This document shows positions 22,600 to 36,035 of a stretch of DNA of 64,000 bases, piece by piece. The notes under the pieces were generated by a model. It saw nothing but the letters and a program-made list of their open reading frames with translations, made no database searches and was not told the DNA's origin. Position 1 is the stretch's first letter; every line of letters starts with the position of its first letter. Both the position numbers and the translations under genes were made by a program. This DNA is from Macrostomum hystrix (Eukaryota; Animalia; Platyhelminthes), in NCBI GenBank assembly GCA_950097015.1, contig CATNEN010000030.1:3224001-3288000 (forward strand), given 5' to 3'.

Positions 22600-24605
22600 A
22601 TTGGGGATGGGAGAAGAGACAAGATTTGGGGATGAGACAAGATTGGGGATGGGAGAAGAGAGAAGATTGGGGATGAGAGAGGAGACAAGATTGGGGATGA
22701 GACAAGATTGGGGATGGGAGAAGAGACAAGATTGAAGATGGGAGAAGAGAGAAGATTGGGGATGAGACAAGATTGGGGATGGGAGAAGAGACAAGATTGG
22801 TGATGGGAGAAGAGACAAGATTTGGGGATGAGACAAGATTGGGGATGGGAGAAGAGACAAGATTGAAGATGGGAGAAGAGAGAAGAATGGGGATGAGACA
22901 AGATTGGGGATGGGAGAAGAGAGAAGATTGGGGATGAGACAAGATTGGGGATGGGAGAAGAGACAAGATTGGTGATGGGAGAAGAGACAAGATTTGGGGA
23001 TGAGACAAGATTGGGGATGGGAGAAGAGAGAAGATTGGGGATGAGAGAGGAGACAAGATTGGGGATGAGACAAGATTGAATATGGGAGAAGAGAGAAGAT
23101 TGGGGATGAGACAAGATTGGGGATGGGAGAAGAGACAAGATTGGGGATGGTAAAGGAGACAAGATTGGGGATGGGAGAAGAGACAAGATTGGGGATGGGA
23201 GAACAGACAAGATTGGGGATGGGAGAAGAGACAAGATTGGGGATGGGAGAAAAGACAAGATTGGGGATGGTAAAAGAGACAAGATTGGGGATGGTAAAAG
23301 AGACAAGATTGGGGATGGGAGAACAGACAAGATTGGGGATGGGAGAAGAGACAAGATTGGGGATGGTAAAAGAGACAAGATTGGGGATGGTAAAAGAGAC
23401 GGGATTGGGGATGGTAAAAGAGACAAGATTGGGGATGGTAAAAGAGACAAGATTGGGGATGGTAAAAGAGACAAGATTGGGGATGGTAAAAGAGACAAGA
23501 TTGGGGATGGGAGAACAGACAAGATTGGGGATGGTAAAAGATACAAGATTGGGGATGGGAGAAGAGACAAGATTGGGGATGGGAGAAGAGACAAGATTGG
23601 GGATGGGAGAAGAGACAAGATTGGGGATGGTAAAAGATACAAGATTGGGGATGGGAGAACAGACAAGATTGGGGATGGGAGAAGAGACAAGATTTGGGAT
23701 GGGAGAAGAGACAAGATTGGGGATGGTAAAAGAGACAAGATTGGGGATGGGAGAAGAGACAAGATTGGGGATGGTAAAAGAGACAAGATTGGGGATGGTA
23801 AAAGAGACAAGATTGGGGATGGGAGAAGAGACAAGATTGGGGATGGTAAAAGAGACAAGATTGGGGATGGTAAAAGAGACAAGATTGGGGATGGGAGAAG
23901 AGACGAGATTGGGGATGGGAGAAGAGACAAGATTGGGGATGGGAGAAGAGACAAGTTTGGGGATGGTAAAAGAGACAAGATTGGGGATGGGAGAAGAGAC
24001 GAGATTGGGGATGAGAGAGAGACCAAGACTGGGGATTAGGGAAGAGACAAGATTGGGGATGGGAGAAGAGACGAGATTGGGGATGGTAAAAGAGACAAGA
24101 TTGGGGATGGGAGAAGAGACAAGATTGGGGATGGGAGAAGAGACGAGATTGGGGATGGTAAAAGAGACAAGATTGGGGATGGGAGAAGAGACAAGATTGG
24201 GGTTGGGAGAAGAGACAAGATTGGGGATGGGAGAAGAGACGAGATTGGGGATGGGAGAAGAGACAAGATTGGGGATGGGAGAAAAGACAAGATTGGGGAT
24301 GGTAAAAGAGACAAGATTGGGGATGGGAGAACAGACAAGATTGGGGATGGTAAAAGAGACAAGATTGGGGATGGGAGAAGAGACAAGATTGGGGATGGGA
24401 GAAGAGACAAGATTGGGGATGGTAAAGGAGACAAGATTGGGGATGGGAGAAGAGACAAGATTGGGGATGGGAGAACAGACAAGATTGGGGATGGGAGAAG
24501 AGACAAGATTGGGGATGGTAAAAGAGACAAGATTGGGGATGGGAGAAGAGACGAGATTGGGGATGGGAGAAGAGACAAGATTGGGGATGAGAGAGAGACA
24601 AGACA
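22600..24605. repeat. 24-bp purine-rich minisatellite (gagacaagattggggatgggagaa), with 17-bp units mixed in on the left
   Basis: About 2 kb array with gggagaa/gtaaaa variants. Confidence 0.95.
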
Positions 24606-25065
24606 GTGGGTGAGAGAGGAGATAGTTGAAGGCAATTTGTATTAACTGTAAGAAAATAGCATGCAAACAGTTTCAAAATAAATAAAAAAGTCTGTCCACC
24701 TTACGCTGTCTCAGAGCCATACAAATGAATGTTTCGCGTCTTCTGACACGCCCATAAATTTCAACATTTTAAACACAATTTCCTAACCAAGTGCAGGCGT
24801 TTATTGCTTAACACTTAAACGAGCAAAATTCATAGGAAATTGGGCTAAACAAGTAAAAATGCACAAATACGAGTGTAGTATTTTTTGTCACTGTAGGGTC
24901 TGTCAGGACGATGTGTAGAAAGCGCTACTAACTACTGTCGTTGAAATTACTACAAGCTGTTAGTATCCTTGATCATAGCTCGTACCAAGTGCTATGAGTC
25001 AGTCTTCTGTTGCATTGACCCAGAATAAATCGGCAATTTTAGTATGAATAATATGATTCAGGCAG

Positions 25066-25205
25066 GACTAGTAGCCTAGTGCATGAGAGTCACGACTTGA
25101 AGGTCATTAGCTGGGGTAATTGAAGGTGGGTGTGGCGTCTTCACAGTCCATGGACTGAACAGCCGTACGCAGCCCTCAGACGCACCGCGCGATAGCTGCG
25201 CATTT
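25066..25205 (+). mobile_element. SINE family 1, internally deleted copy
   Basis: gtagcctagtg...cttgaaggtc is joined directly to agctggggtaattgaaggtgggtgtggcg...cagtccatggactgaacagcc. Confidence 0.7.
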
Positions 25206-25525
25206 GACCCAATAGAAAAATGGATGAAGATCCTTCTACTGACCCTTTGGCACGCACAAAGACGAGTGTACACCCAGCGAGTGTACACTACACCAATGTA
25301 CACTCTCTAAGACATCGAAAATGAAAATTAGCGAATAGAGAGAAGAATGAGTCAATCAAAGTTACAGTAGGCAAATACAGAGAATCTACGAGTAGTTTGA
25401 ACCACAGAATTCTTCTAGGGCAACTTTACATGCAGTCAAGTGGTAACATTTCTTTATGAGTTGCTGCTTTAGGCTTTTAACGAAAGCTCGTTCATACGTT
25501 TAGTGTAGATCGTTTCACAGGCTAG

Positions 25526-25824
25526 TTAAACTCGCAGAAAAGATTAGTTTTTTTGCGCGGTCTGTTACGCGCACGGGCGGAGATGGGGTTGAAAATGGGG
25601 TTCTCCAGAAGAGTTTCTAAAAATAGCAACAACTTACTCGGCCCTGTCAAATCGATTATCCTGAATTTAATTAATTAAACTCGCAGAAAATATTAGTTTT
25701 TTTGCGCGGTCTGTTACGCGCACGGGCGGAGGATGGGGTTGAAAATGGGGTTCTCCAGAAGAGTTTCTAAAAATAGCAACAACTTACTCGGCCGCGTCAA
25801 ATCGGTTATCCTGAATTTAATTAA
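25526..25824. repeat. 149-bp tandem duplication of unique sequence
   Basis: ttaaactcgcagaaaa...ctgaatttaattaa occurs at 25526 and again at 25675 with few differences. Confidence 0.85.
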
Positions 25825-26774
25825 CTGAGTTGAGAAGCATCGGGGATTGCAGTAACGATTTCTGAAAAAGCTAGACTGGAATCGACTAATCGAGTATTAA
25901 ATTAGATAATTCTAAGTAAAATTTATTTTTATTTTACTCGTGCTTAAATATGTAGTTGTTAGGTTGTTAATATCTCATTGGTTGCGATCAGTCACGTGAT
26001 TGAAACCAGGCTGGGTTAAAGTGGTTCCGCATGGTTGAAACGGTTCTAAAAATAGCTAGATATCAATCAATGCTGCACTCGCTTAAGCCATTAGATGGCG
26101 TGATTCACTGCAAGACTTTCTAAAATTAGCAACAACTCGACCGAGAAAATATAGAATTTGATTGCACGTTTGCAATCTTTTGCTATATCTGAACCAAAAT
26201 TTAAGCAAATTCAAGAAACCTTATTAAATAAAAACTTTATAGAAACCTAAAAACTTCTGTGCATTCATGCTGACAAACTGGTGCTAGCAAAAAGGGAACT
26301 TTCATCACTTTTCGGGTTCTTAAAACGGACAATTGTTTATCAAAATGCCGCACAATGCACATGTGTCGAAAAGTAGAGATCTAACACACGACTATAAATA
26401 GATCGCGCTTCAAAGACACGGCAGGCAGGTAAGCACAAGGATGTGCGTCAGAATTTTCTGCTCTCCATGCGTTAGAGGCTCATCAGGACTCAATGATAAA
26501 AAATTGATAAACGAAGTTGTTTAATAAAGCATTAGATAATCCATACATGCGATCATCGAAGTTTAAATGAAGCTTTTATATAGCAATAGTTAAGCATAGT
26601 CAGTAACAGTGTATTTAGATTGGAAAAGTACAATTTAGCAAGTAAAAGTACGCACCATGCAGATAGTAGAAGTGCAATACACCAAGTAAAAGTTCAAGGA
26701 AACTGGAAAAGAACAAAGAAAAAGCTAGCGGCAGTTCAAAAAGCATGAAAAGTACTAAGAAGGTAGCTTAAGTT

Positions 26775-27430
26775 TAAAGAAAGCTGGAAAAGTGCAATGA
26801 ATCTGGAAAAGTGCAAAGAATCTGGAAAAGTGCAATGAATCTAGAAAAGTGCAATGAATCTAGAAAAGTGCAATGAATCTGGAAAAGTGCAATGAATCTG
26901 GAAAAATGCAATGAATCTGGAAAAGTGCAATGAATCTGGAAAAGTGCAAAGAATCTGGAAAAGTGCAGTGAATCTGGAAAAGTGCAATGAATCTGGAAAA
27001 GTGCAAAGAATCTGGAAAAGTGCAATGAATCTGGAAAAGTGCAAAGACTAGCGGAATTATAAGGAAGATGTAAAAAAAGTACAAGTAAGCTGGAAAATAC
27101 AGAGAAGTAAGAAAAGTGGAAAGAATCTGGAAAAGTGCAAAGAATCTGGAAAAGTGCAAAGAATCTGGAAAAGTGCAAAGAATCTGGAAAAGTGCAAAGA
27201 ATCTGGAAAAGTGCAAAGAATCTGGAAAAGTGCAAAGAATCTGGAAAAGTGCAAAGAATCTGGAAAAGTGCAAAGAATCTGGAAAAGTGCAAAGAATCTG
27301 GAAAAGTGCAAAGAATCTGGAAAAGTGCAAAGAATCTGGAAAAGTGCAAAGAATCTGGAAAAGTGCAAAGAATCTGGAAAAGTGCAAAGAATCTGGAAAA
27401 GTGCAAAGAATCTGGAAAAGTGCAAAGAAT
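26775..27430. repeat. 19-bp minisatellite (agaatctggaaaagtgcaa), interrupted at about 27048-27120
   Basis: About 30 copies. Confidence 0.9.
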
Positions 27431-28574
27431 CTTGCTGAGTTTCAAGAAAGCTAGAATAAAATTAAAAACTAAATCGCCAGAGTTTAAGGACTTCAACATT
27501 TTTGATAAACCGACATGACTGTACTTATTGTAAATGAGGCACCAAATATTTCCAGCTTACTTAGTAGTCTATTTGATGGGTTTTGTATGCGAAATAAATT
27601 AATTCAAATAAAAAACTAACTATACACATATTAGTACAGACAAGGAATTATGACATCGAAAAGGTCAGTGAAATATGAAAAGTATAAATTAAAGAGAATC
27701 AGAAACTACCTGAGTGGGCTTTGAACAATTGAACTATAAAAGCAACTACTGTGGCTACACGCCCATAAGCCACAGTCAAGCAGAAATCAAAACCGCTTTG
27801 TAAAAAAAACATGCGGCATTACCGCGCAGCAAATGACTAGACAGACACGGACAAGTGGCTGGACTTATTTTTCGCATCAAGCACCGTTTGGGCGACTTTT
27901 TGTTATAGATGCGATTCTACAGCCCCCAGCGATAAACAGCAGCTGGGGAGAAAATGGGACAATGAAGCGGACATTGGAGAGCGGATGGTAGACTGAGGGC
28001 CGGAACACAATGCTTAAGTAGGGGCCTTCCACAATAGTGGGATAACTCCATCGGAATCTGTTAATAGGCAGGTAATCGAAAAGATTGCAGTTGTTTCTGC
28101 TTGTGTTTCGGCCCCTCCCCAGGATCCCCATCCTGCCCTGTTCCCCAAAAGATATCCCAAGCAATATCCTGACTGAGCCGGGACTAGCAGCGAAGCCTCA
28201 ACAAGGAGGAAAGCACGATAACAAACAGGCTGTGGTGGCTAAAGTTCAGCGGAGCGCAGCGGGGACACTCGTGTGATCTTTGCCGATTATCTTCACTTGA
28301 AGCTTCAGCTGGTAGGAATCGGAACCTGCTTTCCTCGGCAACCGGCCTAGCAACCGTTTGGTTCTAAGTCTAATTATCCGTTTCGCCACTCCAGGGGGTC
28401 CTTTGATTTGTACTGGGGCGGATGAGGTGCACTGGCTTATTTGACTGTCTGGACCGATCACTTGCTTTTGCGTTTTCATTTCTGCTTTGCCTTTGCTTCT
28501 GCTGCGCTAGTGCAGTTGGCGATGGCTGCGGAATGGAAGACACTGGTGAGATCAGGCTAGGATGGAGAAACAGA

Positions 28575-31085
28575 TTTGGAAACTGAGAGACTGAGAGACT
28601 GAGAGACTGAGAGAGTGAGAGACTGAGACACTGCGAGACTGAGAGACTGAGAGACTGAGAAACTGAGAGACTGAGAGACTGAGAGACTGAGAGACTGAGA
28701 AACTGAGAGACTGAGAGACTGAGAGACTGAGACACTGCGAGACTGAGAGACTGAGAAACTGAGAGACTGAGAGACTGAGAGACTGAGACACTGAGAGACT
28801 GAGAGACTGAGAGACTGAGAGACTGAGAGAGTGAGAGACTGAGACACTGCGAGACTGAGAGACTGAGAAACTGAGAGACTGAGAGACTGAGAGACTGAGA
28901 GACTGAGAGACTGAGACACTGAGAGACTGAGAGACTGAGAGACTGAGAGACTGAGAGACTGAGAAACTGAGAGACTGAGAGACTGAGAGACTGAGAGACT
29001 GAGAAACTGAGAGACTGAGAGACTGAGAGACTGAGAAACTGAGAGACTGAGAGACTGAGAAACTGAGAGACTGAGAGACTGAGACACTGAGAGACTGAGA
29101 GAGTGAGAGACTGAGACACTGCGAGACTGAGAGACTGAGAAACTGAGAGACTGAGAGACTGAGAGACTGAGAGACTGAGAAACTGAGAGACTGAGAGACT
29201 GAGAGACTGAGAGACTGAGAGACTGAGAGACTGAGAGACTGAGAGACTGAGAGACTGAGAAACTGAGAGACTGAGAGACTGAGAAACTGAGAGACTGAGA
29301 GACTGAGACACTGAGAGACTGAGAGAGTGAGAGACTGAGACACTGCGAGACTGAGAGACTGAGAAACTGAGAGACTGAGAGACTGAGAGACTGAGAGACT
29401 GAGAAACTGAGAGACTGAGAGACTGAGAGACTGAGAGACTGAGAGACTGAGAGAGTGAGAGACTGAGACACTGCGAGACTGAGAAACTGAGAGACTGAGA
29501 GACTGAGAGACTGAGAGAGTGAGAGACTGAGACACTGCGAGACTGAGAGACTGAGAAACTGAGAGACTGAGAGACTGAGAGACTGAGAGACTGAGAGACT
29601 GAGACACTGAGAGACTGAGAGACTGAGAGACTGAGAGACTGAGAGACTGAGAAACTGAGAGACTGAGAGACTGAGAGACTGAGAGACTGAGAGACTGAGA
29701 CACTGAGAGACTGAGAGACTGAGAGACTGAGAGACTGAGAGACTGAGACACTGAGAGACTGAGAGACTGAGAGACTGAGAGACTGAGAGACTGAGAGACT
29801 GAGAGACTGAGAGACTGAGAGACTGAGAGACTGAGAGACTGAGAGACTGAGAGACTGAGAGACTGAGAGACTGAGAGACTGAGAGACTGAGACACTGAGA
29901 GACTGAGAGACTGAGAGACTGAGAGACTGAGAGACTGAGAGACTGAGAGACTGAGAGACTGAGAGACTGAGAGACTGAGAGACTGAGAGACTGAGAGACT
30001 GAGAGACTGAGAGACTGAGAGACTGAGAGACTGAGAGACTGAGAGACTGAGAGACTGAGAGACTGAGACACTGAGACACTGAGAGACTGAGAGACTGAGA
30101 GACTGAGAGACTGAGAGACTGAGACACTGAGAGACTGAGAGACTGAGAGACTGAGAGACTGAGAGACTGAGACACTGAGAGACTGAGAGACTGAGAGACT
30201 GAGAGACTGAGAGACTGAGAGACTGAGAGAGTGAGAGACTGAGACACTGCGAGACTGAGAGACTGAGAAACTGAGAGACTGAGAGACTGAGAGACTGAGA
30301 GACTGAGAAACTGAGAGACTGAGAGACTGAGAGACTGAGAGACTGAGAGACTGAGAGAGTGAGAGACTGAGACACTGCGAGACTGAGAAACTGAGAGACT
30401 GAGAGACTGAGAGACTGAGAGAGTGAGAGACTGAGACACTGCGAGACTGAGAGACTGAGAAACTGAGAGACTGAGAGACTGAGAGACTGAGAGACTGAGA
30501 GACTGAGACACTGAGAGACTGAGAGACTGAGAGACTGAGAGACTGAGAGACTGAGAAACTGAGAGACTGAGAGACTGAGAGACTGAGAGACTGAGAGACT
30601 GAGACACTGAGAGACTGAGAGACTGAGAGACTGAGAGACTGAGAGACTGAGACACTGAGAGACTGAGAGACTGAGAGACTGAGAGACTGAGAGACTGAGA
30701 GACTGAGAGACTGAGAGACTGAGAGACTGAGACACTGAGAGACTGAGAGACTGAGAGACTGAGAGACTGAGAGACTGAGAGACTGAGAGACTGAGACACT
30801 GAGAGACTGAGAGACTGAGAGACTGAGAGACTGAGAGACTGAGAGACTGAGAGACTGAGAGACTGAGAGACTGAGAGACTGAGAGACTGAGAGACTGAGA
30901 GACTGAGAGACTGAGAGACTGAGAGACTGAGAGACTGAGAGACTGAGAGACTGAGAGACTGAGAGACTGAGACACTGAGACACTGAGAGACTGAGAGACT
31001 GAGAGACTGAGAGACTGAGAGACTGAGACACTGAGAGACTGAGAGACTGAGAGACTGAGACACTGAGAGACTGAGACACTGAGAG
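28575..31085. repeat. 10-bp satellite (gagagactga)n, about 2.5 kb
   Basis: About 250 copies with gagaaactga, gagacactga and gcgagactga variants. Confidence 0.97.
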
Positions 31086-31336
31086 ATAGAAGCTTCAGAC
31101 AGAGTAGGACAGAAGGTAGAAGCTATATGAAATTAAGAAATTACTCCCGAAATACGAGCTACAGACACCAAATCTGTATATTTAACAGGCCAAACGAGAA
31201 TCAGCGCCAGACAAGTTTTCCAAGCAGCAAGTTGCTATAGGCCTGATAAAAGCAAACAAATTATTCTGCAATAGCCGCGCCGTCACCAGCTGGATGGATC
31301 GCGTGACCATGCCGCCGATGTCGGCGCTTTCTGCCG

Positions 31337-31371
<35 letters not shown>

Positions 31372-32119
31372 CCAAGCGTGACGCCATTGCCATCCGGTCC
31401 CAAAATCTGGAATAGGAAGAAATCAAGTGGGGAAAGATTGGCCCCGCGCCACCCGAGGGCAAGTCGGAATTTCAGTCGCTCATTCTCCCCAGGTAGAGTG
31501 GAACTAATGTAGAAATGTGTTTATCTATAAGAGAACTGCTTCTCCTATTTAGCTAGTCATTGGTAGGCACAATGAGTGGAAATCAAGACGAAATTCTATC
31601 AAAAAAAGCGAACGCGGCTAATGGAGGGGGGCAACTTGAGGGCTCACGTTTGACCCACCGCACCCCGACTCCTTGGCTGCGGCAGAAGTGGCCGGACCGC
31701 CCACCGTCCCCATTTCTTATAAATTTCCATCTCGCTTGCCCTAGTTCGGATAAATGTTTTGCCTTTACTTTTCTTCTAGGCGGGAGGCCCAGGCAGGCAA
31801 GGACGGCTTGAAGAGGGTCACGGCATCATTGATAGCTGATTTGCAATGCTTGTTGGCCCCTGTTTGGACTAGAGGCTCCGGTGGCGCTGTCGTGTCTGCG
31901 AGTAAGTCACGATACAAAGCTTGGGGCCACTGTGACTGATATGGGAAAACTTTTCTTCTAACATTTCTCTGGAAATATCTGATGGAAGTTGTGGCATAGA
32001 AGATGAAAATTTTAAGTGAAACATTTGCAACATTTTATAAAAAAGAAAAAATTTGCTTTGATAATGAAAACTAATTATGACCAAGAGAATATTTTTCATA
32101 GGTCCTCACTTTTTTCTGA

Positions 32120-32725
32120 CATTACCTGTGTCATTTTCATGTCATTTCCTGTGTCAATACTTGCGTCATTAACTGTATCATTACCTGTGTCATTATCTGC
32201 GTCATTACCTGTGTCGTTACATGCGCCAATACCTGCCAATTTCCTGCCATTGCTTGTTTCATTTTCGTGTCTTTACCTGTGTCCTTACCTGTGTCCTTGC
32301 CTTTGTCCTTACCTGTGTCCTCACCTGTGTCTTTGCCTGTGTCCTTATCTGTGTCCTTACCTTTGTCCATACCAGTGTCCTTACCTGTGTCCTTACCTGT
32401 GTCCTTGCCTTTGTCCTTACCTGTGTCCTCACCTGTGTCTTTGCCTGTGTCCTTATCTGTGTCCTTACCTTTGTCCATACCAGTGTCCTTACCTGTGTCC
32501 TTACCTGTGTCCATATCTGTGCCCCTACCTGTGTTCTTACCCCTGTCAATACTTGTGCCGTTGCCTGTCATTACAAGCTCTCCTATTATCACAAGTGTGA
32601 TAACTGCTATCTTCACCTGTGTCATCACTGCTATCATCACCTGTGTCATCACTGCTATCATCACCTGTGTCATCACTGCTATCATCACCTGTGTCATCAC
32701 TGCTATCATCACCTGCAGTGTGATC
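32120..32725. repeat. Compound acctgtgt-core repeats: 12-bp ccttacctgtgt, then 24-bp catcacctgtgtcatcactgctat
   Basis: Two adjacent arrays sharing cacctgtgt/tacctgtgt. Confidence 0.85.
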
Positions 32726-33544
32726 ACCTATCACACTTATAATTACGCAAATCATTAACTTATTAATAGCCGGGACAATACTCGTTTTACTGCCCATATT
32801 TTACAACCTAAGTGTGTACCCGGGTAATTATAATTCGCGCTGGAATAATCCTTATACTCCTGCCTGTCCGTCACCGGTCAACTAATTAGTCCAATACTGA
32901 TTACCTGTCAGCAGTGACCAGCCATGGCAGGTGTGACACATTCCTTGTAATTGGCGTTGTCATTTCCCTAACTGCATGCCAGTGAGAGCCGTATAAATTG
33001 CCGGTCATTAGCGCCAACCTGCGCGCCGTTTTAAAGCCATAAACCAAGGTAGGAAGCAGGTTAAGCCAGCTTAGCAACCGAATAGCGCAGCCTGAGATTT
33101 CACTCGCTTTCAAATAGTTTTTTAACGGCTCAAGCCGGGACTGGAGGGGCAAGGTAGAACAAAATAGCAGGTAGGCCAATAAGCTGGTGTGAATCATTTT
33201 ACAACCGGTGCTATTTCTGTCGGACAGTTGTCTGTTAAACAAGGCTGATACAGGAGATGGCGGGGGTGGGTGGGGAAGGCAGGGTCAGGAGAAAGAAGGG
33301 CCAAAAATATTTTCAGCATGGTGGATGGCACTGTTGCCACCCATCTGTCGCCGCAATAATATTATTCAAAAACCAGTGAAAAAGCCTTTCGGGTGTTATG
33401 GCTCGTAGATCCTTTTTCGACAGAATTTTTATGTTTCCATGGGACCGGGTTAAACAGAACTCGAGACAGGAATTGCGGAACGAATAAGAAAATGTAATCA
33501 CAAAAATGTGGGATCTACAAAAAGCAAGTATAATCAACGAATTA

Positions 33545-34205
33545 GCTGTGGAATCTCCCTATGTGGAATCCCTCTCAGTTTAATCATATTCAGTGAAATT
33601 ACCAGCAGTGGAATCCTTTCAGTGAAATCCCCCTAAATGGATTTCCCTTCAGTGGAATCACCCTTAGGGGAATCCCCTCGATGGATTTCCCTTCAGTGGA
33701 ATCACCCTCAGTGGAATCCCCCTCGATGGATTTTCCTTCAGTGGAATCCTCTCAATGGATTTCCCTTCAGTGGAATCACCCACAGTGGAATCCCTTCAAT
33801 GGATTTCCCTTCAGTGGAATCACCCACAGTGGAATCCCCCTCAATGGATTTCCCTTCAGTGGAATCACCCTCAGTGGAATCCCCTCAATGGATTTCCCTT
33901 CAGTGGAATCACCCTCAGTGGAATCCCCCCTCGATGGATTTCCCTTCAGTGGAATCCCCCTCAATGGATTTCCCTTCAGTGGAATCACCCTCAGTGGAAT
34001 CCCCTCAATGGATTTCCCTTCAGTGGAATCAACCACAGTGGAATCCCCTCAATGGATTTCCCTTCAGCGGAATTCCCCTCAATGGATTTTCTTTCAGGGG
34101 AATCACTCTCAGTGGAATCCCCCCTCAGTGGATTTCCCTTCAATGGAATCCCCCTCAGTGGAACCCCTCTTATTGGAATCCCCTCGATGGAATTACCTCA
34201 GTGGA
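33545..34205. repeat. About 44-bp compound minisatellite (tggatttcccttcagtggaatcaccctcagtggaatcccctcaa)
   Basis: About 13 copies built from cagtggaatc subunits. Confidence 0.9.
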
Positions 34206-34714
34206 GTTGCCAAATAGCAATGAATTAGTAAGCAAGTTTGTCAGTGTGGTTATTTGCTTTCATGCTCATTGTATTTTACCAATCATTCCTGCATAAGCGC
34301 AACTATCAAGTAAAAAGTGTTAAAAAATTTTTACTGATTCTTCCAGTCTACAGTATTGCTGGGATTGCTGCAACAAGGTGCGCGGGTTGATAGGCCGAGA
34401 AAACACCACCGATGCTAATTAATAGATAGATACATGCATGCATATTGCCTAGATCTAGTCAAGCCTGGCGGGTGTGCGGTTGTGATAACACACACTAGCA
34501 CATCAGCGGTCAAGGAAGGCATGGGAGCTGACCCTCTTAGCAAAAACAGATGCGCAGAATTGTATCTTAACCCGGTTGTACTTTGTATTGGTTAGTTGCT
34601 GCTTGAAGGAGCTGAATTTGATGCGAAGACAAGAAAGTCTTGTTTGTGAAAAATTTGCTCTGAACTGTCCGGAGCAAGCTTGAAGGACTGAGTCCTGGAC
34701 TGATTCTCAATGAC

Positions 34715-35415
34715 GAACTTTGAGAATGGTGGGGCTAGGAGTCTGAGTCGATTGTGAGAACTTTGAGAATGGTGGGGCTAGGAGTCTGAGTCGATTGTGA
34801 GAACTTCGAGAATGGTGCGGCTAGGAGTCTGAGCCGATTGTGAGAACTTTGAGAATGGTTGGGCTAGGAGTCTGAGTCGATTGTGAGAACTTTGAGAATG
34901 GTTGGGCTAGGAGTCTGAGTCGATTGTGAGAACTTTGAGAATGGTGGGGCTAGGAGTCTGAGTCGATTGTGAGAACTTCGAGAATGGTGCGGCTAGGAGT
35001 CTGAGCCGATTGTGAGAACTTTGAGAATGGTTGGGCTAGGAGTCTGAGTCGATTGTGAGAACTTTGAGAATGGTTGGGCTAGGAGTCTGAGTCGATTGTG
35101 AGAACTTCGAGAATGGTGCGGCTAGGAGTCTGAGCCGATTGTGAGAACTTTGAGAATGGTTGGGCTAGGAGTCTGAGTCGATTGTGAGAACTTTGAGAAT
35201 GGTTGGGCTAGGAGTCTGAGTCGATTGTGAGAACTTTGAGAATGGTGCGGCTAGGAGTCTGAGTCGATTGTGAGAACTTTGAGTATGGTTGGGCTAGGAG
35301 TCTGAGTCGATTGTGAGAACTTTTAGTATGGTTGGGCTAGGAGTCTGAGTCGATTGTGAGAACTTTGAGTATGGTTGGGCTAGGAGACTGAGTCGATTGT
35401 GAGAACTTTGAGAAG
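34715..35415. repeat. 43-bp minisatellite (gagaactttgagaatggttgggctaggagtctgagtcgattgt)
   Basis: About 16 copies. Confidence 0.95.
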
Positions 35416-36035
35416 GAAAAGACACAAGAACTGAGTCGCCTTTTTATAGATCTCGGCTAGTGATCAAGTTTTTTGAACAGCAAAATGTTTAGTTGATTTT
35501 GACTGTAATTTGTTGACGAAAAAATTAACAAGCAATGAGAAAACAGTTTTAAACGGTGGGTGTGGAGCGAAAAGCTGAGATTAACTAGCGGCAAGCAGTA
35601 TCGACGAATTTGGGATTTTATCCAAAGATTTGGGGAGATTAGTTAATTCGAGCCACTGGTGTTCGGTTTCTTGACTTGAGGCTGAACAAACAAATATTTT
35701 GATACAAGCTACACTTTTTAACTCAGGTCTGTAAATATTAAAGAGCAAGACAAAGGTTAAAGAAGAAGAATTTTCTATGAATATTCAGATAAGAAACAAA
35801 TAATTTTCTCGCAGTGCTTGACGCTTTGTGTGTTGGGAACTATGCAAAAAGGCAGACACATGCACAATATTCAAAATCGATTCCTCTTGTTATCAAATTA
35901 ATAAACAAGGGGATTACTAACTTTCAAATAGCGAACAATAGCAATCTTGAGGGATTTTGTGCAAGTAAGAGCTTTGAGAATTTGATAGTGTTTGTTACTA
36001 TGGCAACAGCGTCCGCTGTTCAATCTGCAGTGAGT

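Noticed and set aside
23117-24613. 498-aa (MGEETRLG)n ORF and overlapping minus-strand ORFs
   Set aside because: A by-product of the 24-bp unit being a multiple of 3 with no stop in that frame.
28370-31079. 800-900-aa Ser/Leu/Val/Gln ORFs in three frames
   Set aside because: Translations of (tcagtctctc)n, which has no stop codon in any frame; no unique coding flank or splice context.
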